DNA of 64,000 bases from Camelus dromedarius (Eukaryota): assembly GCF_036321535.1 (NCBI RefSeq), contig NC_087437.1, forward strand, positions 75,084,001 to 75,148,000, in the 5' to 3' direction. The position numbers were made by a program, and so were the translations under genes. Numbering within the stretch: the stretch's first letter is position 1; the number at the start of each line of letters is the position of its first letter. Positions 1 through 13,457 of the stretch are shown here, in pieces. Under the pieces are notes generated by a model. That model was given only the letters and a program-made list of their open reading frames with translations. It was not told the DNA's origin and made no database searches.

Positions 1-1171
1 GGATTTCTGTCTGAGGACATTTGGTCAAGGATGTGAAAATAGCATGTGCTGGTGGAAATGGCTTAGACAGATAATTAGAAAAACTGAGCACTTATCCTTG
101 GTTTTGAATAGATGTGTGATCTCAGCTATGTCAATTCATCTGCTAGTGCCTCTCATCTTTGTTTTCAAATCTGTATGACAGTAATGCCTTCTTCAAATTT
201 TACATTCGTGTAATCAATACTTAAGAAGACACTCAAGAGGATCAAGGACTCTCCCTGGAATCTGAACATTGTTCTAAATTAGCTTCATACGCTTTGTCTT
301 GGACACATGTGTCTAACTTAGTTTTGTTAAGTTTACTTCATTTATTTTCATCTGTTAAAAGAAAATGTATTTACCTTTTCTCTTCTATTTGTTTATCACT
401 TAAATGTCCTGCCCCCAAGAGTTTTTTGATTCTGGAATATTAAGACCACTCTGAGAAATAGTTGAACTTTCACTCTCCCATCTATTTGTCCATGTGCTCA
501 GCACCCATACCTGTGTTGAATGCCTACAGTGTGCAAAGATCGTGCCAGACACTGGGCATCACATTATTTCCATCATGGCACCACAGGGTGAAAGCCACGT
601 GGTTAAAACTGCTGCCCGCCTTATTGAAAAGAAAAGCTGATGGTGCAGGTCCTCTTGACCTGCCCTCCTAGTCATGGGAGTGTTTGATAACAACGGTGGT
701 TCAGTCTGTTGCTTGTCCAGTTCCCTTCTGATTCCAACTGAGCCTGCTGCATTCTAGAGGCACTGAATGAGGCTGAGAAGTTTGAGTAGACTTGAGTCGA
801 ATCTTAAAGAGCTAGTCTGTGCTTTTCTCATCACACATCAGAAAGAGCCATTAGAGATGCTGTAGAATAGGCTACAGTTTCATTAGTTGTTCAACTGGAG
901 GAGGAAAAATACATTTTAACAGGATAATCCCTTCCTATTCTATATCCTAGAGATAAAGCTAAAACTGGGAGTCTGTTTACATTTCTAGCATGATTGCATT
1001 CTCAAATTAAGAGAACCCTTAGGGTGAAAGAAATGTATCAAATAGATTTTCTACAGATAAAAATATCCTATTGAATAGCGTTTCATAAAATTGTCTTTTT
1101 TTGGTAGGCTTTCCAGTGGCTCAAACTCCATTCAAGCAGGTATCACATGGCTATTTTTCAAAATGTCTTAC

Positions 1172-1282
1172 CTTGTCGCTGCTTTTCCACATAGTGGGAA
1201 ATGTTGAAGATCAGCGATATAGTCAGAGCTAAACCCAAGAAGGCGAGAATTGCCCAGACATAAAACTGGCATTCAGAGTTTT
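1172..1282 (-). CDS. TRAT1: TRAT1 exon 2 (short ectodomain and transmembrane helix)
   Basis: Minus strand: cttttgtttgcag|AA AAC TCT GAA TGC ... AAG CAG CGA CAA G|gtaagac; 111 nt. Confidence 0.95.
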
Positions 1283-4200
1283 CTGCAAACAAAAGCAAAC
1301 ACATGCTTAATATAGTAGCTGCTTACTCATTTGTTTTGAACTGGGTATTCCTATGATTAAAACCACTGTATTTATCCACAATGAAGGACAAATTCTCTGC
1401 CAAGAAATTTATTAACATTGACAGCCAAACGCTTTTTACAGATTTCAAAATGGGTATTAGTGACAAGTCCCTGCATTCAGCATGGGTAAAAGACAGCAAG
1501 TTCCCCACATTCCTAGTGATGATGAAATAGAAGACATTTTTAGTCTAGCTACTAAAAGTTGAAAACTGGTGACTGATTATAAAAATTCTGGTTCAAAATC
1601 AAGACTACCCAAATTATGTAGAATCAAAATTGGCTATACTTTTCCCATTTCTTTAATTCTATAGTCATACATGCTCTCATGATGGAGAACACTTACTGCC
1701 TTCTGTTGATCCCAGTACTAGAGGACAGTGTGTGTTGGGATAAAACAATACTTCTGAAGTCGTAGTGACCCAGTTTCGTCAAGATTGGCTCACAGAGAAA
1801 AAAATGTGACAATGAATATATATATGTTCATGTATAACTGAAAAATTGTGCTCTACACTGGAATTTGACACAACATTGTAAAATGATTAAAAATGAATAA
1901 AAAATGTTAAAAAAAAAAAAAAAGATTAGCCACAGAGTTTTTTCTGACTATTTAATCCCCATGAACTGGTAATGGAGAGTTGGTTTTCTCTCTCCTTTCC
2001 CTCTGTGAAGGCCTCTTTTTTCATTTCTGAGCCCTTAATTATTTATGGCACTCTACACATATACAAGTGACTGCTAAGGTAATTAGCCTAGTTATAAATA
2101 TATGTATAAGTATATTATAAAATATAAATAAGATATATTTACATACATATATAAAACTTGGCCAGTTATTCTAGTAGTCATATACCCATGTGAATGCTGA
2201 TCCCAGAAAAATAACTTGTGATTTTCTAATACTAAATATTTATGTATTCAGTCAGTATCAACTAGACATCTCTTCTGTGCCAGGAACTATACCCTATATT
2301 AGGGAGTTAAAGAAAACAGAATCCGTGCCCTCAAGGAACTCTGTTTAGTTGGGGACATGAACTTATAAACACATAATAAGAAATGCAGTGTGAAAACAGC
2401 CATGATAGAGATTATGCTCCTTCATATTCTCAGCTTTCTCTCTGTGACTGCCCGGAATCAAAACATCTTAGGCCCTTTCAAAGAAATCCAAATACCACAA
2501 TGTTAAACACAATAAAACTCAATGGGAGGGAAATGAGTTTTACTTCCGTAGCCTCTCTTTAACCCATTGAATAAAGAATCCCTAAACCCAAATGTTCTTT
2601 GTGTTGCTCTATTTTACTTCTTTTCTATATCTCAAATTTGACATTTGAATTGTTTTCTTCGAAGTATTGATATTGCAGTAGTGGTTGAACTGTCCTCCGT
2701 AGTCCTGTGTATTTGAGTTGCTTTATTTATTTATTAGCATCACTTATTTTTAAATGAGCGTAGTTAGGCATAGAGGTGATTATATATATACATTTATGAT
2801 ATAGATGTATGTATACATAAACATGCATATAATTTGCATATCACATTCATCTATACATTGCTTTGGTTTGAACTAGCCTCTGGCTCTTTCCACATGAGAA
2901 AATCTGTCTACTAATGTCTGCTACCTCTTTAATTTTATACCATGTAGTTAGATGTTCAAAATACCATAAGCTCCACAGAGAACAAAACCACTTCTGCGTT
3001 CTACTTGCTATGCCAGACATATCGTACATGAGTTATAAAAATTTTCAAAGAATTAATAAATGGGAAAAGTTAACTGATAATGGTAGTGAAATGTGTGATT
3101 TTATTTTCTTTAAGGGAATTTTTATGTTTCATAAATTATAAGAAAACTGAGAACATGTGAATAGTTTTTTTATCTTCTGCAATAGACCTACCAACTAATT
3201 TGGCTAAAAACACTAAGATTTGGAGAGGCCTAATTTATTCATCATGATCATAATCCCATAAATATTTATAGAATACTACAACATAATAATTATTAACTAT
3301 TTAAAATAAATTTGAAATTCTAGTTATTGCATGGTACTGCATATATTTTTAGAATTATTTATTTGATTTTTATGTCTAATTGTTTATTAAAAAAAAAAAC
3401 AAGTGCCTGCTGAGTGTAAATTTTTAAAATTCCAACAATATCAAAATGTAGAATAACATTTAAGGTCCTCTATTAAAACATAAATGGGACATTAATATAA
3501 CACTTTTAGCCTTACCAGCGCATCTGGGGAATTTGTTTTTTTACCATTTTGTATATTATTTTTAGTGGTTGCATAGAATCTCACAGTGTTGCTGTAGTAT
3601 AATTTTTCTGCCTATTCCTCTAAAATGGACATACTTTTTAAAAACATTTTCATTTTATAAATAATAATGCAAGAAACTCCATTGGACAGACATTTTGTCC
3701 ATATGTGGACTTAATCTGGAGAAAGGTTCTTGGGAGTAGAATTGCTGAGTTAATGGAAATTTTTAAGGTAAACTTTTTCTGAGAGCGATTGTTCCCCACC
3801 TCCGGTTGATAATAGTCCCTTCCAGGTGGTTGATTTAACTGTAATGGTGAAAACTGGGACCAGCAAGCTGTCTCTTGCCAGATTGGTCTCAGTTTCCCTC
3901 TTTGCTGTCACAATACAGGGTTGTTAATGTCTGATTTCTGTGATTAAATTAATCATTACTATTAGTAAAGATTTTTTTCTGTTATTTTTCCTTGTGTGTC
4001 CCTTAAGGACCCACAGTCTAGCTACAGTTCTAACTTCATCCACATTTTAAAGCAATTTGAAGGCACACACTGTATTTTCTATTGAGGTATGTTTCGATTA
4101 TCATCTTAGGCTACCTGCTTAGCCACATGAAGACTCTAATCACTCCCCCTCTATAGTCCCTGTGTTTGGTGACACTTAAATACGTGAACTTTAATTGCTA

Positions 4201-7200
4201 CAAGGAAGCCAGACTTATTACACACATCATCCATGTTCATAGTTAAAAACAGTAAACACAGATATGCAAAAAACAAAATGATAAGAATCAACTTTAACCC
4301 TACTATCAAGAGACAATCACTGTGAACACCTCAGTTAATATGCTTCCAAACTTATTATTATTTTCTGTTTAGCAATTGTTATGGTTGAAGGCATAGGATT
4401 TAACTGTACTGACTATACTGTTACCTACTTTTGCCCCAATAATTTAAAGCATGCTTCTTTTCCTAGAAACAAAATATTCTTCCATTCCCTATATTCCATT
4501 GTATGGATTTTCCATAATTTATTTAATCAACCCCCTATTGTTAGACACTTAAGTTGCTTCTAATTTTTAGTCACATAAGCAATCTTGTGATGAATATCTG
4601 TAGCCAAAACTAGACACCCAATTTTACTTTTTTAAAGGTAACAGTTGCTAGAAGGGGAATGCTGGATCAAAGGATATGCACATCTCAAAGGATTTTGATG
4701 TCTTGATGGCAAACATTTTAAAAAGGTACTAAGCAGATCCTTCTCAGGTCAATGTGGCCTCTGTTCCTATTAGTTCAATAGGCCCTGACTTTATAGTTCC
4801 TTCCGTTAATCCTGGCTACATCAGCCACCACTCTTAATCTGGCTACTATCTTTCCACATTGTCCCCATGCCCTCCCCTCCTCCGTGGTTTCTGCAGAACA
4901 TGGTCCCTTTGTTCTATCTCTAGAGCCAGTGACATAGGTCCTTCAGGAGAAGGTGCCTGCTCCTATTTCTGCCCTAAACATAGAGGACATCACACTCTTC
5001 TTCCCTTACCGTGTGTTATTTCCACAAAATGTTACTCTAAGTTTCCTGCTTGTCTTTTAGGGATTGCCCACTACACCCCCCAATAACACGCCTTGCTCCA
5101 GTCGTTCTGAAGCTCCTTCAGCTTTCAGTCGGTACCACACTTCCCATTTCATGCCTCTGTGTCTGTATATTTGCCCCCTTTCCTGAAACACCTTTCCCCT
5201 TGGCCCTCTGACAAATTCCTACAAATCCAACTTCTCTCTGAAGCTTTCACTCAGTGCTACCCTTCCCTCACCAAGTGCCCTCTTATATATCCCTGTGCAT
5301 GTCAACAAATACTGAGGTAATCACTTGTGTATAAAAGTCTGCCCCCCACTAGACTGTGACAGAAAGGACAGGAAGAATGTCTGATGGATCTTTATCTTCA
5401 TGCTTTAATTTCCTATTGTACCTATTATTATGGGGACTCAGTGAGTTAAGACATGTAATGAGATTTACAGTACAGCATTTCTCACTAATAAAATGCTCAA
5501 AAAATGGTATCTTTTGTTGCCATTATTATCTTATTATTATTATCTTAATACTGGTGAGACTCCTACTATTATTTCTGCAACCTATTCAGCACAAAGTAGG
5601 TGTTGGCTAAAGATGTGTCAACTGATAAATACACATGAAGAGTGGAATCAAGAAGGGGAATGGAATGACCAGGGCCAACAGAAAGGTTCTGATCAAGTGA
5701 GAGCTAGACACATCCACAACCCAGGAGGAGACCAACTGAGATTGTTACATTTGTCTCTAGCACTACCAAGGGGAAAGGACCTACCTCCCACAGCTGGGAA
5801 ACAGATCTCTGTGAGAAGAGGAACTCACTGCAGCTTTGGTAAATCCTAATTCTCTCTGCCCCAAATCTGTATCTGCCAAAACATCTGTGATTATTGTCTG
5901 TTTCCTAGGAAACTTGATACAAGGAAATCGGGGCTAACAGCTAGCTGTCTGATTAGATTTATGGGGGTGGTCACAACTCTAAATGTAAAATGTAATTTTC
6001 TTGTTTAAAAAAATTAGTCTTTGAGGACTTTGATTATTGTCAGTAAAATCTCCAGAAAAAGGAAATTTAGAAAACATCGCTAGCTGAGCTAAGCTGTGAA
6101 CCCAGTTGCAACTCTAAATAATACACACTTGTGTAAAACTGGGATGCTGGCATAAAAGCTGAGAGTCAGGGTGAGTAGAAACAGCCTCTTCACAGACCAC
6201 AGGATCATCTTGAGAAGCGTAGCACGAGGGTGTGCTTTCACTCTCTCCTCTTCAACCTTTGCCTTAAAGACCTTATATGTTTATTTTTACTTATTAAATG
6301 CACACCCCCTCCTATGAGAACAGAAAAATGGATGTATTCCTGCATGCTGACAATATGGTTCTACCTTCATAAACCAAGAGTAGCCTCATGAAATAGTTGT
6401 TTTGTCTAGTCATTGTCAGAGAAAGAATGACTGAAGACCAACTACTTTTTTTAGAGGACAACACATTAAGTTTTTTTCAATCAAATCACAACACTACTTA
6501 AAACTCAGATTGTTTTCAGCAGACGTTCTTTATTATTTCTTTTTATTTTCAGCCTAGAAACTATACACCATAATATAATGTAGTATAGTATAACTTACCT
6601 AGGAACACAACACATTGACCAAAAAGCTGCACTGCTGAAAATTAAGCCTTTAATGAATGTTTAAATAATTTACCTTGAGCCAAATTGGGCGACTTGTAAC
6701 CTGGCTTTAGAAATAGACTGGCCTGGAAATATTGCGTCAAATCCCTATGACATATACTTTGGAAATTTGATTATTCATTTATACACATGACGAAAAGAGT
6801 GAAAACTGATTTTGGAAGGAGATTTTTGATCCTTGCTGGAGGTTCTCCCTGAATCTATCTCTGAACGGAGGCTTCGATGACTTTCTATCCTAGGACATGT
6901 TCCTGTTATGTTCCTAAGATTTCTTAAGAGAATATCAAACTTGCTTCCATCTCTGCCAATGACCTGCCTAAAATGACAGCAGAGAACTGAACTTCAGGTA
7001 GTAGTTGCAAAATGAAAATTGAAACTCTCTGTTGCTCTTTTTGTTTTTTATCATTTTCCACATTTTCTGCCTTTGTTATCAGGGCAAGAAAAAGCTCATT
7101 TTAGGAAGAACAGCCTGTATGGAACTTGCTGTTAGATTCGTTCCTTACAGAGATGCTATGGATTAGAAGATGTTGTTTAATACATCATTTGGTATCAGGT

Positions 7201-10200
7201 ATAAGAAGCTAGGGATCTCCTCAAGAACAAGACATTTTTACTCTTATAATCCATGTGAATATTGCCACTGGCCATCTGTCTGTCTTTGTGTATCATTTGA
7301 CACACAATCTACCTTAAGGAAATCTCTGGGATTATGATACTTATTGTTGTGACTAATTATATCCCTTGCTCCTTATTTTATCTTTGCCTTGATTTATCTG
7401 GTTATCTTTTATACTCTTCTATGCACTTTTAATACTTCTCTTTCTGAGGGAGGGGTAAGAAAGCAAATACATACATAGAAAGTAATAACAGATCTTTGGA
7501 ATTTATCATTCTTGGGAGAACTAATAACATCCATCTCCTTTGTACTTAGTTTTATTCCTTTCCATTTCTCACAGCGTCTAGAATTCAGTATATACTCAAT
7601 AAATAGTTGTGGTGTGGGCAAATTAAATATAGCACAGTATCAAAAGGTGTACTTCAAAGCAGTAAGCAGAAAGCATTAATTTCATTTTAAAATTATACTG
7701 ATGCTAACCATAAATTATCCTATCATTCACACAAAAATTATATTTCAATTAGAAATTTTTCTTTCTCTTTTTTAATTAAGGGGAGCACTGAAAAGTTTTT
7801 ATTAGTCCATTAATTGCTACAAGAAGATAATTTTGTTTTCAGCTACAGGGAAGCAACCAAATCAATACCCCCAGTCTACCCTTTACACTGAAGGCTTAGG
7901 AAGGTCCTAGTAATTTTCATGAAATTTGTCAGCAACTCTAAGGCAAGAACTTGGACTACACTGTACATGCCTGTAGGGCTGGGTTTTTTCATTTGCTGTA
8001 AGAGTAAATTTGTTTCACATAAACAATTGAAGGCCTTTTAAAACCCAGGCTAAATTCTAACATGTCAGGGTTGGTTTCACATAGTCTCCAGTTTTCCTCT
8101 GACTTTAGGAGTCCATGATTCCTGTCTAACCCTTCTGTTTTCCAAGATATTTTTCTTTTGTGATGTAATCTGAGTTACAAATAGGAAGATTTTCATTTAG
8201 AAGTTTTGTATTTCATGACATTCTTGATGTCGTTCATAATTTTGTGATTGCCTGCAATAAATGCCCCCATTTTGGAAAACAAAACACACAGAGACGAGAA
8301 GATACTGAATAGCTAAATGGTGGAGATTTTCAACTTGAATGATAGATTTGTATAAATATTCACATACACACACACTCACGTACTTCCTACCTCCCCTTAC
8401 CCAGTTATTTTCCATATGCAGCATGGAAAGTCCTCCAGCCCCAGATGGGTATCCATTTAGCACAGACAGTGCCTCTTATAATAGTAGATGCGCAAAGTGC
8501 CTAAAAATTCTTGCCCAGCAAATGCAGTCTTTAGTATCATTCTTCATTAATTGTAATTACTTTCATTTATATAGATTTTATCAATTTAAAAAGAATGCCT
8601 ACACAATTTTAATTTAGCAATTTACACTGCTACAAAGCTAAGGTCTCGGGAAGTTATTTATGAGGTAATGACAGCTAGGAAAACTATGATTTAAGTTTCT
8701 GTCTAGCTTTCAACTACCAGGGGCTAAGAGTAGTAGATTTAATTATAAGACCTCTGACTCCCTCAAAGCCTACAGTACTTGGCAAGCACTGTATTTGGAA
8801 TTCACAATTACAAGTACTCTGGAAAGAAACCCAGCTAAGCAAATGTAATGTCTTTCTGCTGGCAGGTTTGATTCATACAGAAGCCTTTACTTAACAGTTA
8901 ACTTAAACAGTTAACAACAGAAAAGCAATAAATGTAATGCCCAAATTGTTTCTCCTTCAGAGGCTCTGTAACTGAGTTTCTAGCTTATAGGACATGGCTT
9001 TCCTTGATGGTTTCTCTTCCTTGGTTTGTAAATTCTCCCAGTGCAGTGACCATCTCTTCTTTGTGTATATTTCCATGAATGTGTATTATTTTAAGCACCC
9101 TAGAAAGTTCAACAAAAAGTTCTGATATTACAGTCCCCCTGGATTCTACTTATAAAATGAATTTTTCTTTTTATGGTGATGGTTTGGTGCTAAAGTAGGC
9201 ACATTCCTGATGACTCTTTGATGTGGCTTGTTGTCACCATGGACACAGCCTCTGCTCCCATTATCCGTTCCCATCATGCCATCAACCAGAGGCACCAGAA
9301 TCACGGAAACGAGCCCTGAAAGAAGTTCTCAGACCTCGTCCCAGGCTTTCGCGTAAATAAGATACTGTTTTTAATGCAAGGTTGGAAAACTGCCAAACTT
9401 AAACGAGTGTCTATTACTAACAAAAGGTTATTTGAAATGTGAATGATATATGCCGGTTAGGCCCATGGTGGGGAGAGGGACGGTAGCCACATGAGGCTTT
9501 GGAATGTCTGTTTTTGAAGTGTGTGGACAAAGAATGAGGGAAGTTACTTACTAGCTGTGTGACTTTCCGCAAATCCCTGAACCTCACACTAAGCCAACCG
9601 TGCTACTGAAGTTCAGATCCCCATCTATGTGACATGAAGTTCCCCCTTCATGATTCCTTGTAGATAATGCTTACTGGATTTAACGGAGGACGGCATACAC
9701 ATGGGCGTGAGACGAAGGGTAGATTTTAAGATAATAGGTTATGATTCCGCTAGTACTTCACTCTTTGTCTCTTTTAAACTTGGAATTGGTAAACTCAAGA
9801 AGTCCTTTTGGGATTAACGTGCCGCCAAAATCCCTGCTGTGGACAAACCTCTCTCTCCTTCTCTGGATTTGGCTGCTCCACTTTGCATATGTGTTCCTCA
9901 TTTCCTATTGGAGGAGAGCCTGGGAAGAGCCTCTGAAGGTGGCATGGGAGTGTGGCAACTTTCATCCAACAAAATACCGTAACTCTTATGTTTCTTTACT
10001 GTTTTAAGAAGGCCTGTTAATTTTTTCTCTCTTCTTTTTAATTCAGGAATGCTGAAAAAATGAAATTTTTAAATGCCTGGAAAAGAGTCCAATATTTATT
10101 TATTCACTATGAACTAGCCATTTGTGGAGATTTATTTCTTAGAGCTGTGACCTTTGAGTGACAATCTCTCCTGGGTTAACTTAAAATCTCTGTCCAATAT

Positions 10201-12568
10201 TACCTAAATTAAATGGTGAAACATTGACCCATCTTTAATTTAAAGAACAACTGAGTTTCAAAGATGATTCATAAATTAGTCCTATCTAGTCTCTAAAAGA
10301 AAGACTTTCATTGTTCTCAAAAGGTGATTGGGGCTCAAGGGAAGACAAAACTGAGTAAAGACAATGAGAATCCTTTTTTTTTTTTCTTCTGAAAAACAGC
10401 GATGTGTAACTACATTGTGAATCATTGTTTAACCTAAATTAATGGTAGCCAAAAGGCATTGTTTCTGCCATTTGATTCAGTTAATACTGATTTTATATGA
10501 AGACAGAAACACAGTAGGAATAATGATGCTGGAACACTTATTGCTGCTGTGGTTACAAGGCATTAGAGGTAGGAGAAAAGGGGAGATTTAGGTTTTTCTT
10601 GTCAGACATCATTTTACTCAATTAGGAATCATTTTACTTTTTCATTGTGTTCACACTTATTTTCATTTTTGACCACCTATCTAAACATAAGGAATACTAT
10701 CGTTCAAGTATCTTTTTTTCACATTTAGCATTCTGGGGTCTTGATTTTGTTTGTTGTTTTGCTTTTAAGATCTATGAGGCTTTAATGACAAATACTGTAT
10801 ATATTTTATCTCTTCTGTGGAACTGTAGGTCTTAATTGGCAACAGAGGAGCTCTGTATTATTCCTGAAGGGATCTAAATCTAAACTATGAAATTATATGG
10901 AGGAAATCTGACCATCCCTTCCAAATTTAGAATGAATTAATGGGAAATAGTTGAATGTCATATTCAGAGCCTTCAGCCTGCCCATCCTTGCCAAGTTCCC
11001 CATGACCATGAGCTCATGGCAATATGTCACTAGCAAAACTGGAACAATTGTTTTTGTTCTTTGCTAATATATATACCTGGAAAAGATAAAGGGAGTTAAG
11101 AAAATCATACATCAGGTTATATTCCCTGTGTGATTAATCCAACCAATTGATTTTAAAATCCATTGAACAAGCCACTGGGAAGCAAATTCACAGAAATTAT
11201 AATACTTATTGTCTTTATAAATGACTCATACATATTGATATTAAAATACTATTAGCATAATAATTAAGCCAAAGATGTAATCAGACAATTTGCAAATGAT
11301 AGAATAATTGTAAACTGTTTAAAAGCCCAGGCAAAAATGTTCATCCTCGTTATAATCAAAGTAATACATAATAAACAATGGGTTAGCATGTTGCGCTTAT
11401 CAAATTAGTGGTTTTTTTAAGTGAGATCAGCTTGTTAAGGAGAAACGCTGCTGGGATGAGAGTGAACTGGCATCAGTCTTGGAAAGGCAATTTGGCATTA
11501 ATGAGACTTAAAATGTTCACAACTTCTTATTCAGTAATTCCATGTCTAGAAATCTTTCCTAAGAAAATAACCCTTAATATAGAAAAAGCTACAGAGTTGT
11601 CCATCTTTTTTGCCATTTAAAATATAAAAAGACTGGCTACAACCTAAATGTCCAACAATAAACAAAGAACTAAGTAAACTATAATTAACCCAACAGATGT
11701 CACTTTGTGCATTCACATAAAGCAATTAAGCAGAAGTTATCATAAAGATGGAAATGGTTATAGTATGTTAGTGAAAAAGCTGAATATATTATTTTATGTT
11801 CATTATTATTTCAGTTATGAAAAGCAAACCACAAAGAAGTTGGAAAGACATACAACATAATATCTCATTTTTTAAAATGATGAAAACGACATAAAATTTT
11901 TTTCCGTATGTATTTCACAGCTCTCTCACTTTATATAATATGCATGTCTTCTCTTATAACAAAAAGATGTTTTATTAAAGAAATAAAAAGTACAGAAAAG
12001 GATGAAGGAGGAATGATCAATCAACGTGGAGCAGACATTCGGCTAATGAATGTAGATTCCACCCTCACAGTTCATTCTACAAGTGATGGAATTTTCACTG
12101 GCCTTTGCCAAATTGTCATCTCTTTGAGAGTTGATGATTGGATCGATTTCTGGGAAGATAATATATGCCTAAAATCTAAGGAATTAGAATGTTGCTACTC
12201 CTAACCTGCTTTATAACTAAACCAAAGAGGAATATGCATGGTCAACAAAAGTTTCTTTAAAAATAAGTACTCTAAATTGTGTGATTATCAAGGAACACTT
12301 AGTAATTGAATAGATACAACTACCTTTATATTATCAAATACTGCCTAACTTTTTATTTTCAGAGAAAATAGTCAACTTACACACGTTACTATATTTCAAA
12401 ATATGTTCTAATTATGGTAAAGATTATCTCACACTTTTGAAATAATTGTGTAAACGAATTTACTTGCCCAACATGAAGTGTCTTTTTGCCAGAGGCTTGG
12501 GAATTATCATGTGAATTTTTAAGCATAGGAATTGAACAAAAGAATTTTAAATGCCACTTACCTGACAT
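1172..12568 (-). CDS. TRAT1: T-cell receptor-associated transmembrane adaptor 1 (TRIM), 5' part: complement(join(1172..1282,12562..12568)) = MSENSECQFYVWAILAFLGLALTISLIFNISHYVEKQRQ...; gene continues beyond the window start
   Basis: Exon 2 translation closely matches recalled human TRIM (MSGISGCPFFLWGLLALLGLALVISLIFNISHYVEKQRQ). Canonical splice sites, compatible phases, synteny with RETNLB. Confidence 0.93.
1798..1921 (+). mobile_element. Short 5'-truncated L1 3' end with poly(A) and TSD, in TRAT1 intron 1
   Basis: L1 3' UTR text (ttgacacaacattgtaaaatgatt...), A-tail, flanking direct repeats aagattggctcacagag (1781-1797) and aagattagccacagag (1922-1937). Confidence 0.85.
4220..4700 (-). mobile_element. 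Old L1 (L1M-type) fragment
   Basis: tattccattgtatggatttt-ccataatttatttaatcaaccccctattg...gctggatcaaagg resembles the antisense 3' region of ancient L1. Confidence 0.6.
11310..11990 (+). mobile_element. Old L1 (L1ME-like) 3' fragment
   Basis: ggaaaggcaatttggca...ttcagtaattccatgtctagaaatctttcctaag...aacctaaatgtccaacaata: degenerate ORF2 end and 3' UTR. Confidence 0.65.
12562..12568 (-). CDS. TRAT1: TRAT1 exon 1 coding part (ATG TCA G)
   Basis: Minus strand agaagcATGTCAG|gtaagtggc: strong donor, phase 1 matching exon 2, gives the expected Met-Ser start. Confidence 0.85.
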
Positions 12569-12800
12569 GCTTCTTCTCTCAGAGAAATCCTTATGTAGCC
12601 ATAGGCAAATGTATGGATTAAAAATGCTCCCCCAAGCTTTTTTTTCTAAGTTAACGTTGCTCTATTATGTTAGAAGCAGTGTGGCAGTAAACCTTGTCTT
12701 TATCTGCACCTCTGTTTTTTCTCTCTTCTCTTTCTTAAAATCTTTTGTGTGTACTTTGTTCAGTTACAAACAGGAAACGTGGTGATGGTGGCTTCTAGAG
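12569..12800 (-). promoter_or_regulatory. TRAT1 5' UTR / proximal promoter region (TSS not determinable)
   Basis: Non-repetitive sequence upstream of the TRAT1 ATG, with an ETS core next to a RUNX-like motif (ACAGGAAACGTGGT, ~12770-12783) and a GATA site (TTATCT, ~12700). Confidence 0.45.
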
Positions 12801-13291
12801 TTTTAATCTGAAACCAGTAGTCTGTTACATTTTTGTGAAACGTGAGAAGAAAAATCCCACAAGCCTCTGTACTCTGGTATTTGAATTTTTATCAATACCT
12901 GCATCAAATTTTAAAATAAGTAGTAAAATCAAGGTATGAATTAGACTAGGAAGGATCTGCCATCTCTTGGGAGAGAATCTAGGGATCCCCTCCCAAGTGA
13001 GGTCACAGGAAAATAAAATGAAATATACGAAACCGGGGAGGAAACAGTGAGAAGCCCCCAGGTGTGTTCAGCTGCTGGCTGTGTTCTCTTTGAGGCAGAG
13101 GAGAGGGAATTCACACTTTTTGAACACTTAACTATGTATCAGGTAGCTTCTACACACTATCTTGCTGGGACATTCAGTGCCTGCTTTCTGTCCTGCCAAT
13201 CCTTGCCTCCGCCAATGTGAGTCCCTCTGTCCCATCTGGGGCCCCATGGTGACAAGCTCCAGCTCTCAACCCCCACCCCAGAGTCTCCATA

Positions 13292-13457
13292 GCAGAAGTT
13301 CTTGAAGGTTAGTATGCAGAAGTGTCTTATGTGGCATGAGTTTAACATGCCTATGCCTGAGCCCTACTGAATCAAAGTATTTGGAGTGGAAATCTGCATT
13401 TTCACTATTATCCTTGGCTATTTTAATATAAGTGTTCTGGGCAACCTCTGAGAAACT
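13292..13457. mobile_element. MER5A-like hAT-Charlie MITE
   Basis: cagaagttcttgaag...cctactgaatca...aatctgcattttcac...tgagaaac pattern. Confidence 0.55.

Noticed and set aside
1..1171. TRAT1 exon 3 or later exons
   Set aside because: No segment translating to the expected cytoplasmic tyrosine-motif sequence was seen; downstream exons are presumably outside the window.
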